This document shows, piece after piece, positions 55,945-64,000 of a stretch of DNA of 64,000 nucleotides. The stretch is from Candidatus Saccharimonadota bacterium (lineage in GTDB: Bacteria > Patescibacteriota > Saccharimonadia > Saccharimonadales > UBA10212). The position numbers were made by a program, and so were the translations under genes. The number at the start of each line of letters is the position of its first letter. Positions within the stretch are counted from its first letter, which is position 1. A model generated the notes under the pieces. The model did not search any database and was not told the DNA's origin. It worked only from the letters and a program-made list of their open reading frames with translations. Location: NCBI GenBank assembly GCA_013815775.1, contig JACDFN010000002.1, positions 64,717 through 128,716 of the forward strand, in the 5' to 3' direction.

Positions 55945-57213
55945 ATGATTGAGAGGCTTTCTTACTCTTTTGAGGAAGATATCTACCACAACTTACCCGA
56001 ACATCTTGCAACTCAGGAATTTGGACAGCTTCAAGGTCTTTTTGACAATCTAGAGGCCTGGACGGCTCATCCCACCGGTGGAGATGCTCGGATTAGAGAA
56101 TTTGCGTTTGCTGGGCGGTATTTAATTGCAACCGACGACCGTGTAAGAGCTTCATTGGGGTTTATGTTAGACTTTCGGAACGAACGCAACAGGCCAACTA
56201 CACCACTCTATGCCATTAATCACTGGCTAAGAACTACTCAACACCATTTGAGAGACAGAGCCGATTATGCAGAACTGTCGACCACTGCCGAAGGTTGGGC
56301 GGAGGGGATTCAAGAGCTGTTGAATAATAAATGGAATCATGATGCCTATGACTCAGATTTAGCCCTACGTGAAGTGCAAACTAATGTTCCAGCGAGATAC
56401 AAAGGACCTCAGCTAATTTTGGCATTATATGGCAATAGGTTCGATCGCCCCATTAATTATCTAGACATTGGAACTAGCATAGGTGCTGGCGCTAAAGGCC
56501 TTATGACAAACAAGCTAGAAAAGGACATAAGAGTAGTTATACCGGTACCGGGTGACGTTCCAAATAGTGCAAAGGCTAACCTTGAAGAATCATTACCGCT
56601 AACCACACATATCAATAGGCTACTTGGTAGTCCATTGGAATTCGGGCCAAGTGCAGCTGTTGATATTATGGGAGTACAAGACACAGGTCAAGGCAAATGG
56701 ATAAAAAGCTGTTTTTATCCAAGCGAAATAGCAGAAAATACCGATGCTATTAAAGATTTTGACGAGTTAACCCAGGAGTCTGTACCTAATTTGATTTTAT
56801 CAACCTTAGATTTTACAGATAATGATGGAGTTGATGATTTTATTAAAGTAAAGTCACCAGTAGAAAAGTACGATGTAATTACAATCCTTACCATGTTACA
56901 TCAACTTCGCGAAGATGAGGTAGCCTCCGTTCTCGCCAATGCAAAGAAAGCATTAGCTCCCGATGGCCTAATAATAGTTCAAGACTTTGCCCGTACGAAC
57001 CCTAAAGCAGCCAACGGACTTGAGTTTCCTGAGAAGTGGCACCCCTATAGTTATAGATCAATACTCATAGATCCCGGAAGCGGATCCGATGACCCGGTTG
57101 AACTGCTGTGGTGGCAGAGCGGAAGATGCCGAGAAGTAATTATTGCCCCTTCCGCAACTTTTTTTGCTGCTCGCCCATCGCTAGAAAATAATAATTTAAA
57201 ATATGGAGTTTAA
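55945..57213 (+). CDS. hypothetical protein with class I methyltransferase-like C-terminal half
   Basis: 422 aa. Motif-I-like YLDIGTSIGAGAKG, later ITILTMLHQL and LAPDGLIIVQDF. The N-terminal ~170 aa is unassigned. Confidence 0.5.
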   Translation: MIERLSYSFEEDIYHNLPEHLATQEFGQLQGLFDNLEAWTAHPTGGDARIREFAFAGRYLIATDDRVRASLGFMLDFRNERNRPTTPLYAINHWLRTTQHHLRDRADYAELSTTAEGWAEGIQELLNNKWNHDAYDSDLALREVQTNVPARYKGPQLILALYGNRFDRPINYLDIGTSIGAGAKGLMTNKLEKDIRVVIPVPGDVPNSAKANLEESLPLTTHINRLLGSPLEFGPSAAVDIMGVQDTGQGKWIKSCFYPSEIAENTDAIKDFDELTQESVPNLILSTLDFTDNDGVDDFIKVKSPVEKYDVITILTMLHQLREDEVASVLANAKKALAPDGLIIVQDFARTNPKAANGLEFPEKWHPYSYRSILIDPGSGSDDPVELLWWQSGRCREVIIAPSATFFAARPSLENNNLKYGV

Positions 57214-57223
57214 GCTACACTCG

Positions 57224-57784
57224 CTACTTCTTTTCCAGTACTGCCGATACTAGCTTGGCATATCTGTACATAAAATCTCGGTGCTTAGTATTGATTCTAT
57301 CTAGCATTATGAAGTAGCTAAAAATTAACGCTCCACCATCGCGGGCCTGGTTTAGGGGGTAAACAAAACTGCAACCAACACCGGCACCTGATTGGTTTAG
57401 TCTAGCTTCTTCTGGGGATAGGTCGGGCGCAAATAAGTATTGCCAGTCGCTGGTCTGCTGATATCTTCCACTTCTGATAGCCTCGGCAATAAAATTACCC
57501 TTAAAATCCACTGGTATCACAATTTCCTTAAATGGCTTTACCGAATAATCAACGGCCCCTTTAGCCGGCTCGGTTTCAGATAAAGCTATTCGTCGAATAA
57601 GGTTCTGTTGCTTGTCTACAAGCAGCAATACCACAATGCCAAGTCCCATAAGGGTCGTATTGGGGCGGTTATGAAAAGGCGCATTAACTATGGCTTGAAA
57701 TAATTGAGAATCAGCCCTAGGTAATTTTAAGAGACTCTCCAGCTTCTTGAAGTAAGCTTCCGTCTCTGCCCCAGATAGAAACAT
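57224..57784 (-). CDS. hypothetical protein (possibly GAF-like small-molecule-binding fold)
   Basis: 186 aa. The alpha/beta pattern and size suggest GAF, but no diagnostic motif was found. Confidence 0.45.
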   Translation of the reverse strand: MFLSGAETEAYFKKLESLLKLPRADSQLFQAIVNAPFHNRPNTTLMGLGIVVLLLVDKQQNLIRRIALSETEPAKGAVDYSVKPFKEIVIPVDFKGNFIAEAIRSGRYQQTSDWQYLFAPDLSPEEARLNQSGAGVGCSFVYPLNQARDGGALIFSYFIMLDRINTKHRDFMYRYAKLVSAVLEKK

Positions 57785-57825
57785 AATGGCAGTATAGCAA
57801 CCACTAACCCAATTATGAAGTTATC

Positions 57826-58611
57826 TTATTGATATGTTCTACTTTGGTTTCTGGTCCGCTCTATAAAGTTTGCCACCAAAGAGCTCACTTGGTTAACAAT
57901 CTTAGGGTGGCGTCTATAGTGATGTCCAGAATTAACTTCATAATATTCCTTAGGCTCAGGAGCGACTTCAAATGTTTCTTTGACCAACGATGGACTTACC
58001 ACACTATCATATCTACCAGCGATATAAAACTTAGGAATTGTGAGTGTATCAAGTCCTTCTCTGGCGTTGTATTGCTGTGCGTCAGCTGAAAAAGAATAGG
58101 GTAGCTCTAATTCGCTAGTCCGTCGAGGATCTTCGGGCATATCGACGCTAAAAGACTTAGAGCCGTTATTTTGCCATTCCTCCACTCTTTCATAAAAATT
58201 ATCTTCGCGGGCAAAAGTGTCACCCGACATAGCAGGCACTACTCCAATTACTTGTGGGGTTTCTGCTGCGTGGTCCTCTATGGCCACCACAGTAGCAACT
58301 CTCCCGCCCAAACTATGCCCCATAATAATCGTCTTTCTGTTGTAGTATTTAATAAGTTCTTTAACAGACTGTATGTAGTTGGTCGTGGTGTAATTTTCAG
58401 TATTTTCCCCACTCCCCCATATACCAGGTGGGTCAGGAGCAACCGCAAGACAGCCAAGCCTAGCGGCGGTTTCTACGTGGTGTTTTATATGAGGGTGGTC
58501 TTTTGATTCAACCAAGCCAGCTAGACACAAAAAAAGTATATCAGCATCCGGTTTTCCTCTCTCAGTTGTAGCAATTTCAAAATTTTTGGTCTCCACTCTC
58601 AAGATATTCAC
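57826..58611 (-). CDS. alpha/beta hydrolase
   Basis: 261 aa. Nucleophile elbow GHSLGG and a C-terminal His region (NSGHHY). Confidence 0.75.
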   Translation of the reverse strand: MNILRVETKNFEIATTERGKPDADILFLCLAGLVESKDHPHIKHHVETAARLGCLAVAPDPPGIWGSGENTENYTTTNYIQSVKELIKYYNRKTIIMGHSLGGRVATVVAIEDHAAETPQVIGVVPAMSGDTFAREDNFYERVEEWQNNGSKSFSVDMPEDPRRTSELELPYSFSADAQQYNAREGLDTLTIPKFYIAGRYDSVVSPSLVKETFEVAPEPKEYYEVNSGHHYRRHPKIVNQVSSLVANFIERTRNQSRTYQ

Positions 58612-58744
58612 CTCAGCAGTTCGTATTTAATTTTTTGGTATTAACCCTAAACCAGGCATGCCTGAAAAGCCTACTTCTTAACCTAAGATTGCATGTTTAC
58701 CGCAATGATTCAGTAAAATATTTAACAATTGCTGTTTTCTTTTA

Positions 58745-59308
58745 TCATTGCTCTTTTGAGCTAGGTGAAACGGCTGCTAGTAGAAGCCAAGCAATAACAA
58801 AAAAAATGGCGCTGTAGAACCCTACTTCACCATATAGCTCTACTCGAAAACTTTCTCCGTAATGAGCATAAAAGTAACGGACAGCTGATATTGAATATGC
58901 AGCTGCAGACAGTGCCGCTGTCGCCATAAGCATTGTTCGGCTTCGAAGGGCAGCGGCTGTAATAATAGGCACCGCAAACAACGCTACTGCATTGCTTGCC
59001 AGTCCGCGTTGCCAGTAGACAACTAAAGAAGCAAACACTATGTCGGCAAGAACTAGAATCTGCACAGAGCTGATATATATTAAATCCTTAGAAAACTTAA
59101 TTCTTGAGATGTACCAAAGCAAAGTGTTTAAAACAAGCAAAGCTCCTCCTACTGTCCAGAACTTAATAACTGCTTCGTTGGTTAGCAAATTCCAAGAGTC
59201 AAAGACAATGATCGACCCAAGAAAAGCAGCAATATAATAAAAATGTATCCTAGTTACTCTAATTGCCGTGGATTGAAGCCAAGATAAAGTGTCGATTTTT
59301 TTCGCCAT
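58745..59308 (-). CDS. hypothetical polytopic membrane protein (5-6 TM)
   Basis: 187 aa, hydrophobic throughout. No motif recognised. Confidence 0.55.
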   Translation of the reverse strand: MAKKIDTLSWLQSTAIRVTRIHFYYIAAFLGSIIVFDSWNLLTNEAVIKFWTVGGALLVLNTLLWYISRIKFSKDLIYISSVQILVLADIVFASLVVYWQRGLASNAVALFAVPIITAAALRSRTMLMATAALSAAAYSISAVRYFYAHYGESFRVELYGEVGFYSAIFFVIAWLLLAAVSPSSKEQ

Positions 59309-59376
59309 GTTTACGGGTGTTTATTTTAAATATTACTTGTTGTTTATTTTGATCAGCCAGGCTGTATTTAGCAGAC

Positions 59377-59937
59377 TTATCTTATATTATATTTTCCACC
59401 GATGGTTTGAGACAATATGTCTTTGTTGTCCGTAGACCTAACTACGGCAGAGCCGTCGGTAAATGTTACCTGGGTTGAGCCCTTGGCCAGGGCTGTAAAT
59501 GTAATCTTAGACACTTCTTGCTGGCCAGATAATGATCCTACATGACCTCTGGCTATTTTAACTACCCCGTTACCCCCGGTTGATTGGGCCTGAACCTCAA
59601 AGGGACTTGTAGAGCTGTTAATGCTAACAAATTGTAACTTATCAGCTGAGTATAAAATATTAGCCTGTACGGCGTTAATAGGCTCAGAAAATGAATTTAC
59701 GTATACCGTGACTGTTAGAACTTCACCTCTTTTTAGGTTTTTAGAGGTAGGATTGACTATAAACCCTGGGCTTGTAAGCACCGAAGGTGTCCTTGAGCTG
59801 GGAAGTGCCTCGGAGCGATAAAGCACATAAAAACCAATTAGACCAAACAATACTGCAAAAACAAGTAGTCCAAATTTATCAAATCTGACGCGCTGTTTAA
59901 GGTTTAAGGTATCGTTTTTTAAAACTTTTTTTTGCAT
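59377..59937 (-). CDS. membrane-anchored secreted protein with cohesin-like beta-sandwich domain (tentative)
   Basis: 186 aa. TM anchor, then LTVTVYVNS...INAVQANILYSADKLQFVSI..., a pattern typical of cohesin-domain proteins. Confidence 0.5.
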   Translation of the reverse strand: MQKKVLKNDTLNLKQRVRFDKFGLLVFAVLFGLIGFYVLYRSEALPSSRTPSVLTSPGFIVNPTSKNLKRGEVLTVTVYVNSFSEPINAVQANILYSADKLQFVSINSSTSPFEVQAQSTGGNGVVKIARGHVGSLSGQQEVSKITFTALAKGSTQVTFTDGSAVVRSTDNKDILSQTIGGKYNIR

Positions 59938-60109
59938 AATCTACGCTATCTAGAAAATAGTGTATTAATTGATAATTCAAGCTTATGTTTTATTTGCTTG
60001 TTAGTCAAGGCTGCCCATTCAGCTATTCGACCATGGCTCAGGCCTAGGTTGTTGCATGAAAGTCCGAGTTTTTTGCGGCTGAGCATGTCGGTCTAGGACT
60101 ATTTTAGTT

Positions 60110-60922
60110 TTAAAGAGCTACCGTTACGCGTAAAAAGGTTGCAGGAATAGAAGTGGCATCCTTGTTAGAACTTTTGTTTTGACTTGTGAACAGAACTTCC
60201 AGCTCCTTTTGTAGATCGGTTGCACGGCCGTTCTTTTCGGCAGCTTCAAATGCATTCATGGTTGGCCCGTAGTATTTTCTGAATTCAGCAACGAGCTCTG
60301 ATGGTGTGCCGGGAGAATTAAAGGTATAGGTGTCTCTGATAAATGATATTTTCTCTTTTGACACACCCGCACCTGCAAATCGCTCAACCACGTTGCTTTC
60401 AATCCCCCACGTCATAGGGCTAATAAACCCTTCCGGTGGTGGTGGCGAATATGTGGAACTGATTTTCAAGATCTGTGCCACCAATGTTGGATCATTGGGA
60501 ATCCAGTTTCCCATGATAATCCGACCTCCAGGTCGTGTCACACGCACCATCTCCTTGGCCACCTCAAACGGCTTTGGCGCGAACATGGCGCCAAAGATAC
60601 TAACGACAAGATCAAATGTATTATCATTCAGCTCGTGCAAATTGGACGCATCGCCTTCCTGAAACCTACAGTTCGTGAGACCCTCATCTTCGGCACGCTT
60701 TCTACCGGCCTCAATAAGATTGCTCGCGATATCGACCCCCAACACATCCGCCCCTAGCCTTGCCTCCGGCAGAGCCGTCGTTCCATCGCCGCAGCCAAGA
60801 TCCAAAACTTTAAGTCCTTTGATGATTCCAAGTCCATTGACGAGCAGCTCACCGCTCTCTTGCATACCCTTAGCAATATGTGTGAAGTCGCCTTTTTCCC
60901 AAAGTGCTTTATTTGGATTCAT
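60110..60922 (-). CDS. class I SAM-dependent methyltransferase
   Basis: 270 aa. Motif I VLDLGCGDGT, post-I VLGVDIA, motif II/III DLVVSIFG, RPGGRII. Confidence 0.85.
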   Translation of the reverse strand: MNPNKALWEKGDFTHIAKGMQESGELLVNGLGIIKGLKVLDLGCGDGTTALPEARLGADVLGVDIASNLIEAGRKRAEDEGLTNCRFQEGDASNLHELNDNTFDLVVSIFGAMFAPKPFEVAKEMVRVTRPGGRIIMGNWIPNDPTLVAQILKISSTYSPPPPEGFISPMTWGIESNVVERFAGAGVSKEKISFIRDTYTFNSPGTPSELVAEFRKYYGPTMNAFEAAEKNGRATDLQKELEVLFTSQNKSSNKDATSIPATFLRVTVAL

Positions 60923-61037
60923 AATTATCCCTTCTACTTAAGAATATATATGTTATCAATTTTATATATTTTTTTCAGTGCGAAAGTTCATACCATCTCA
61001 AATCCGCAGCATAGCAGTAGGGTCTATCTCTGTTAGT

Positions 61038-61062
61038 CGAAGACTGGCTGGGACGGTAGGAT
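61038..61062. repeat. direct repeat copy A: duplicate of the 3' end of tRNA-Gln plus 7 flanking nt
   Basis: The 18-nt core TGGCTGGGACGGTAGGAT (61045-61062) is identical to 61226-61243. The flank CGAAGAC compares with CGAAGGA in copy B (23/25 identity overall). Confidence 0.85.
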
Positions 61063-61218
61063 AGCGGACTTCGTCCTTTTTCCGCTCAAGCATGCTCGGT
61101 GCAAGCACCGGCGCGTGCTTTCACTTCACCGAACCTTTCCGTTCGCTAACGCTCACTAGACGGTTCTTCAACCTAGCCGGTCAATAATCCTTCATAGCCC
61201 AGGCTAAAGTCTGAGCGA

Positions 61219-61243
61219 CGAAGGATGGCTGGGACGGTAGGAT
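61219..61243. repeat. direct repeat copy B (overlaps the 3' end of the intact tRNA-Gln)
   Basis: See copy A. The repeat period is 181 bp and the repeats enclose a unique 156-nt segment (61063-61218). Confidence 0.85.
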
Positions 61244-61300
61244 TCGAACCTACGAATGCTGGTACCAAAAACCAGTGCCTTACCACTTGGCCACGTCCCA
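61226..61300 (-). tRNA. tRNA-Gln (anticodon UUG), CCA encoded
   Basis: The reverse complement is TGGGACGTGGCCAAGTGGTAAGGCACTGGTTTTTGGTACCAGCATTCGTAGGTTCGAATCCTACCGTCCCAGCCA. Anticodon stem CTGGT/ACCAG, loop TT-TTG-GT, T-arm GTAGG-TTCGAAT-CCTAC. Confidence 0.9.
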
Positions 61301-61386
61301 GTACCTGTAATATTGTATCCCGAGCACCATGTGAAGTCTACAGGGGTTCTCAGGTGATAAAAATAATCGTATAATCTGTTATAGAA

Positions 61387-62307
61387 ATGGCCGAAACCGT
61401 AAAAAAGCCGGCAGATTACATTCTGCCGTTATATATGAATGGACTTCAGGGGCGGATGCTTCGTATTCCTCCTAAGCGTGGTAAAAAACGCGAGATTCTA
61501 TTCATTTACGGCCATCACTCCAGCTTAGAAAGAGTCTATGGGGTTGCAGAGTATTTGAATAAATACGGCGGGGTGACTATCCCTGATTTACCCGGTTTCG
61601 GGGGGATGCAATCATTTTATAAAATTGGCGAAGAACCCACCCTAGATAACATGGCAGATTATTTAGCGGCCTTTATTAAGTTACGATATCGCAACAAAAG
61701 ACTAACTATGGCAGGCACCAGCCTGGGTTTTATGATAGTTACCAGAATGCTTCAAAAATACCCTGAACTGGCTAAAAAAATTGACCTTTTGGTTAGCATG
61801 GCCGGCTTTACTAACAAAAAAGATTTTATATTTAAAAGATCTACCTTTTTACTGTTTCGTTCGGCAGCACCCTTTTTATCAGGTAGGATCATGTCTAGCT
61901 TTATTCGGCATATCTTATTCCGAAAAATATTTATCCGCTTCGCCTACCGTTTGGTTGAAAGTAAACACTCCAAACTTCGCCAGCACGGCAAGCAGGCTCG
62001 CCGGGAACGTATAGATTTCGAGATAAACCTTTGGCAAAGTAACGACGTAAGAACCTATATGAAAATGGGCGAAACAATGCTTAATCTTAATTTGCGAGGA
62101 AAGCATATAGATCTGCCTGTGTATCATGTATCCATAGCCAACGATAGATATTTTGATAACGTACGAGTAGAACAACACATGCGCGAAATATACAAAGACT
62201 TTCATCATCTATGGGCACATGTACCGGCACACTCACCATCTGTAGTCGCTACTGCAAAAGAAGCCGAACCCTACATTCCCATAACTCTTCGGCGTCTGCT
62301 TAAGTAA
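61387..62307 (+). CDS. alpha/beta hydrolase
   Basis: 306 aa. ILFIYGHHSS, nucleophile elbow GTSLG, C-terminal His region. Confidence 0.7.
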   Translation: MAETVKKPADYILPLYMNGLQGRMLRIPPKRGKKREILFIYGHHSSLERVYGVAEYLNKYGGVTIPDLPGFGGMQSFYKIGEEPTLDNMADYLAAFIKLRYRNKRLTMAGTSLGFMIVTRMLQKYPELAKKIDLLVSMAGFTNKKDFIFKRSTFLLFRSAAPFLSGRIMSSFIRHILFRKIFIRFAYRLVESKHSKLRQHGKQARRERIDFEINLWQSNDVRTYMKMGETMLNLNLRGKHIDLPVYHVSIANDRYFDNVRVEQHMREIYKDFHHLWAHVPAHSPSVVATAKEAEPYIPITLRRLLK

Positions 62308-62330
62308 TATGAGTTAACTAAAGTATAATA

Positions 62331-63476
62331 ATGACTATGAGAATCGGATTAGTCTGCCCATATAATATTTTTAGTGGTGGTGGAGTCCAAGAACAAGTAC
62401 TAACACTGCAAAAGACTTTTGAAAAACGCGGTCATTACGTCCGTATTTTGACACCCCTTCCGCGGGAGTACGAAGGCCAGGTACCCAAGGAAATTATTAC
62501 CCTGGGCGTATCTATGAACACGACCGCTTTTGCTGGTACAAACTGGCAATGGTCTGTGTCGGTAGATACCGACGCAATTGACGAAGTTTTTGAGCGAGAA
62601 AAATTTGATTTACTTCACTTTCATGAGCCCTGGGTTCCGGTATGGGGGCGCCAGCTTCTGATGCGGTCAAAGTCGGCAAACGTAGCAACTATGCATGCTC
62701 GTTTCTTAGACACCTTGACAGCCAAGACAGTCAGCAACGTATTTATTCCTTATACCAAGCCGCAAATAAAGTATTTTGACGCATTTACGGCAGTGTCTGT
62801 GCCAGCAATGGAATATCTTCTCAGTTTAAAAAAAGTTCCTATTACCGTAGTACCCAACGGGATAGACTTTAAGAAATATTCTCGCCGCCCGGCGCGGGCC
62901 ATTCGCAACCCCGGCATGAAAACTATTTTATATATTGGCCGACTTGAAGAAAGAAAAGGAGTAAAATTTTTACTTAAGGCCTTCTCGGAAATTGCCCACA
63001 GAAACGAGTACATTCAACTGCTGATAGCCGGCCAAGGACCAGACAGCCAAAAACTACGTCGCTACGTGGCAACAAACGAAATTCCCCGCGTTACCTTCCT
63101 GGGTTTTATTAGTGAAGATGAAAAAATTCATCATTTGCACCGGGCTGATGTTTTTTGCTCGCCTGCTTATTTCGGGGAAAGCTTTGGAGTTGTACTGCTT
63201 GAGGCAATGGCTGCCGACCTGCCGGTAGTTGCTGGGGATAATCCAGGCTATCAGTCGGTGATGGTCGACCGGGGGGCATTGTCGCTAGTGAACCCCCAAG
63301 ACACTATTGATTTTGCCCGCCGGCTAGAACTTATGACTTTTGATGAAGGCCTTAGGCGTCTGTGGAGCAAGTGGGCAAACAAGCGCGTAAAAGAGTTCGA
63401 TTTTCCCAAAGTAGCCGACCAGTATATGAAGGTGTATGAGGATGCAATTAAAAAATCCAAACAGCGAAAAACTTAA
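62331..63476 (+). CDS. glycosyltransferase family 4 (GT-B, PimA-like)
   Basis: 381 aa. N-terminal IGLVCPY...GGVQE. C-terminal EX7E-type region (PAYFGESFGVVLLEAMA). Confidence 0.85.
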   Translation: MTMRIGLVCPYNIFSGGGVQEQVLTLQKTFEKRGHYVRILTPLPREYEGQVPKEIITLGVSMNTTAFAGTNWQWSVSVDTDAIDEVFEREKFDLLHFHEPWVPVWGRQLLMRSKSANVATMHARFLDTLTAKTVSNVFIPYTKPQIKYFDAFTAVSVPAMEYLLSLKKVPITVVPNGIDFKKYSRRPARAIRNPGMKTILYIGRLEERKGVKFLLKAFSEIAHRNEYIQLLIAGQGPDSQKLRRYVATNEIPRVTFLGFISEDEKIHHLHRADVFCSPAYFGESFGVVLLEAMAADLPVVAGDNPGYQSVMVDRGALSLVNPQDTIDFARRLELMTFDEGLRRLWSKWANKRVKEFDFPKVADQYMKVYEDAIKKSKQRKT

Positions 63477-64000
63477 GATAGGTTTAGTTTTTGACGACAG
63501 TTTGGACCGGCCTGACGGAGTTTCTCAATATGTAAAGACACTAGGTAAATGGCTTAGTGCTCAAGGTCACGAGGTTAGATATTTGGTGGGGCAGACTACC
63601 CTAGAGCAATGGCAAGGCGGTAGAGTGTATAGTTTGTCAAAAAACATTCCAGTTTCATTTAACGGTAATCGACTTACTACACCTCTTCCAGTTAAAAAAA
63701 GTAGGGTTCGAGAAATTTTAAGTTTTGAAGAATTTGACGTGCTCCACATACAAATTCCTTACTCCCCTTTCATGGCAAAAACTGTAATTAATAACTCAGC
63801 GGCCCTCACAGCCGTAGTTGGAACTTTTCATATTTTACCGGCGGGCTGGATGGCCAGCTGGGGCACAAAACTGCTGAGACTGACATATGGAAGAAGCTTG
63901 AAGCGGGTAGATAAGATGCTAAGCGTCAGTACGTCAGCTGCTGAGTTTGCACAGCAAACCCTAAAGCGCGAATCATCAGTGTTGCCGAATGTGGTGGAAT
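63442..64000 (+). CDS. glycosyltransferase family 4, N-terminal part (3' end beyond window)
   Basis: Not in the track because there is no stop in the window. My translation from the ATG at 63442 is open to 64000: MQLKNPNSEKLKIGLVFDDSLDRPDGVSQYVKTLGKWLSAQGHEVRYLVGQT... This is a GT4 N-terminal domain pattern. Overlaps the previous GT4 gene by 35 nt. Confidence 0.75.
   Translation, partial: MQLKNPNSEKLKIGLVFDDSLDRPDGVSQYVKTLGKWLSAQGHEVRYLVGQTTLEQWQGGRVYSLSKNIPVSFNGNRLTTPLPVKKSRVREILSFEEFDVLHIQIPYSPFMAKTVINNSAALTAVVGTFHILPAGWMASWGTKLLRLTYGRSLKRVDKMLSVSTSAAEFAQQTLKRESSVLPNVVE

Noticed and set aside
61063-61218. SRP (4.5S) RNA or tmRNA identity for the 156-nt segment after tRNA-Gln
   Set aside because: It forms a long hairpin with AGCA 3' of the apical stem. 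However, the apical loop is CUUG rather than GNRA, and the conserved 5'-side AGG of the SRP symmetric loop is missing. The duplicated tRNA 3' fragment has no matching 5' acceptor or T-stem partner, so it is not a tRNA-like domain.
1-64000. CRISPR arrays, rRNA genes, transposases, integrases, prophage or toxin-antitoxin modules
   Set aside because: Reading through the intergenic regions and ORF translations, I found no regularly spaced repeats, no rRNA-like sequence and no recombinase, transposase or phage structural motifs. The only mobile-element-like trace is the tRNA-Gln att-type repeat.

Overview
The window looks like a gene-dense chromosomal segment of a small-genome, AT-leaning bacterium. 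GC content was judged by eye and not computed. The gene content is a mix of core housekeeping genes, many membrane-anchored or secreted hypotheticals, sortase, PEGA, DUF3048 and cohesin-like proteins, and a cytochrome bo-type quinol oxidase operon. By inference only, this fits a Patescibacteria/CPR organism, possibly Saccharibacteria-like.

I support about 70 CDS, most of them on the minus strand. Recognisable genes include:
- DNA and RNA functions: topA, dprA, xth, a Y-family polymerase, a UvrD-like helicase fused to a PD-(D/E)XK nuclease, and a membrane-anchored thermonuclease.
- Translation-related: pth, der, gltX, smpB.
- Metabolism: thyA-folA, gnd-pgl, cyoABCDE.
- Signalling: three two-component systems and a Crp/Fnr regulator.
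- Envelope: several glycosyltransferases.

Two CDS run off the window edges and are missing from the ORF track: 1..843 (-) and 63442..64000 (+). There are three tRNAs, all with an encoded CCA end: Glu-CUC, Leu-CAA and Gln-UUG. I saw no rRNA, CRISPR array, transposase or integrase.

The most interesting unexplained material:
1. A promoter-to-terminator unit of about 380 nt with no credible ORF at 4.3-4.7 kb.
2. An RNase P RNA-like structured region at 52.5-52.8 kb, which conflicts with two track ORFs.
3. A 156-nt GC-richer structured segment bracketed by 18-25 bp direct repeats of the tRNA-Gln 3' end. This looks like an att-type scar.
4. A 12-gene same-strand cluster in which a two-component system and cyoABCDE are tightly followed by three uncharacterised proteins. 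Two of these share an N-terminal module.
5. A structured intergenic region plus an overlapping uORF ahead of a KGG-type mini stress protein.
6. A small-peptide / methyltransferase / sulfatase-like envelope cassette.
7. A recurrent -10 box 6-11 nt upstream of start codons, which suggests widespread leaderless mRNAs.

All functional calls rest on motif reading of the translated ORFs. No database search was run.
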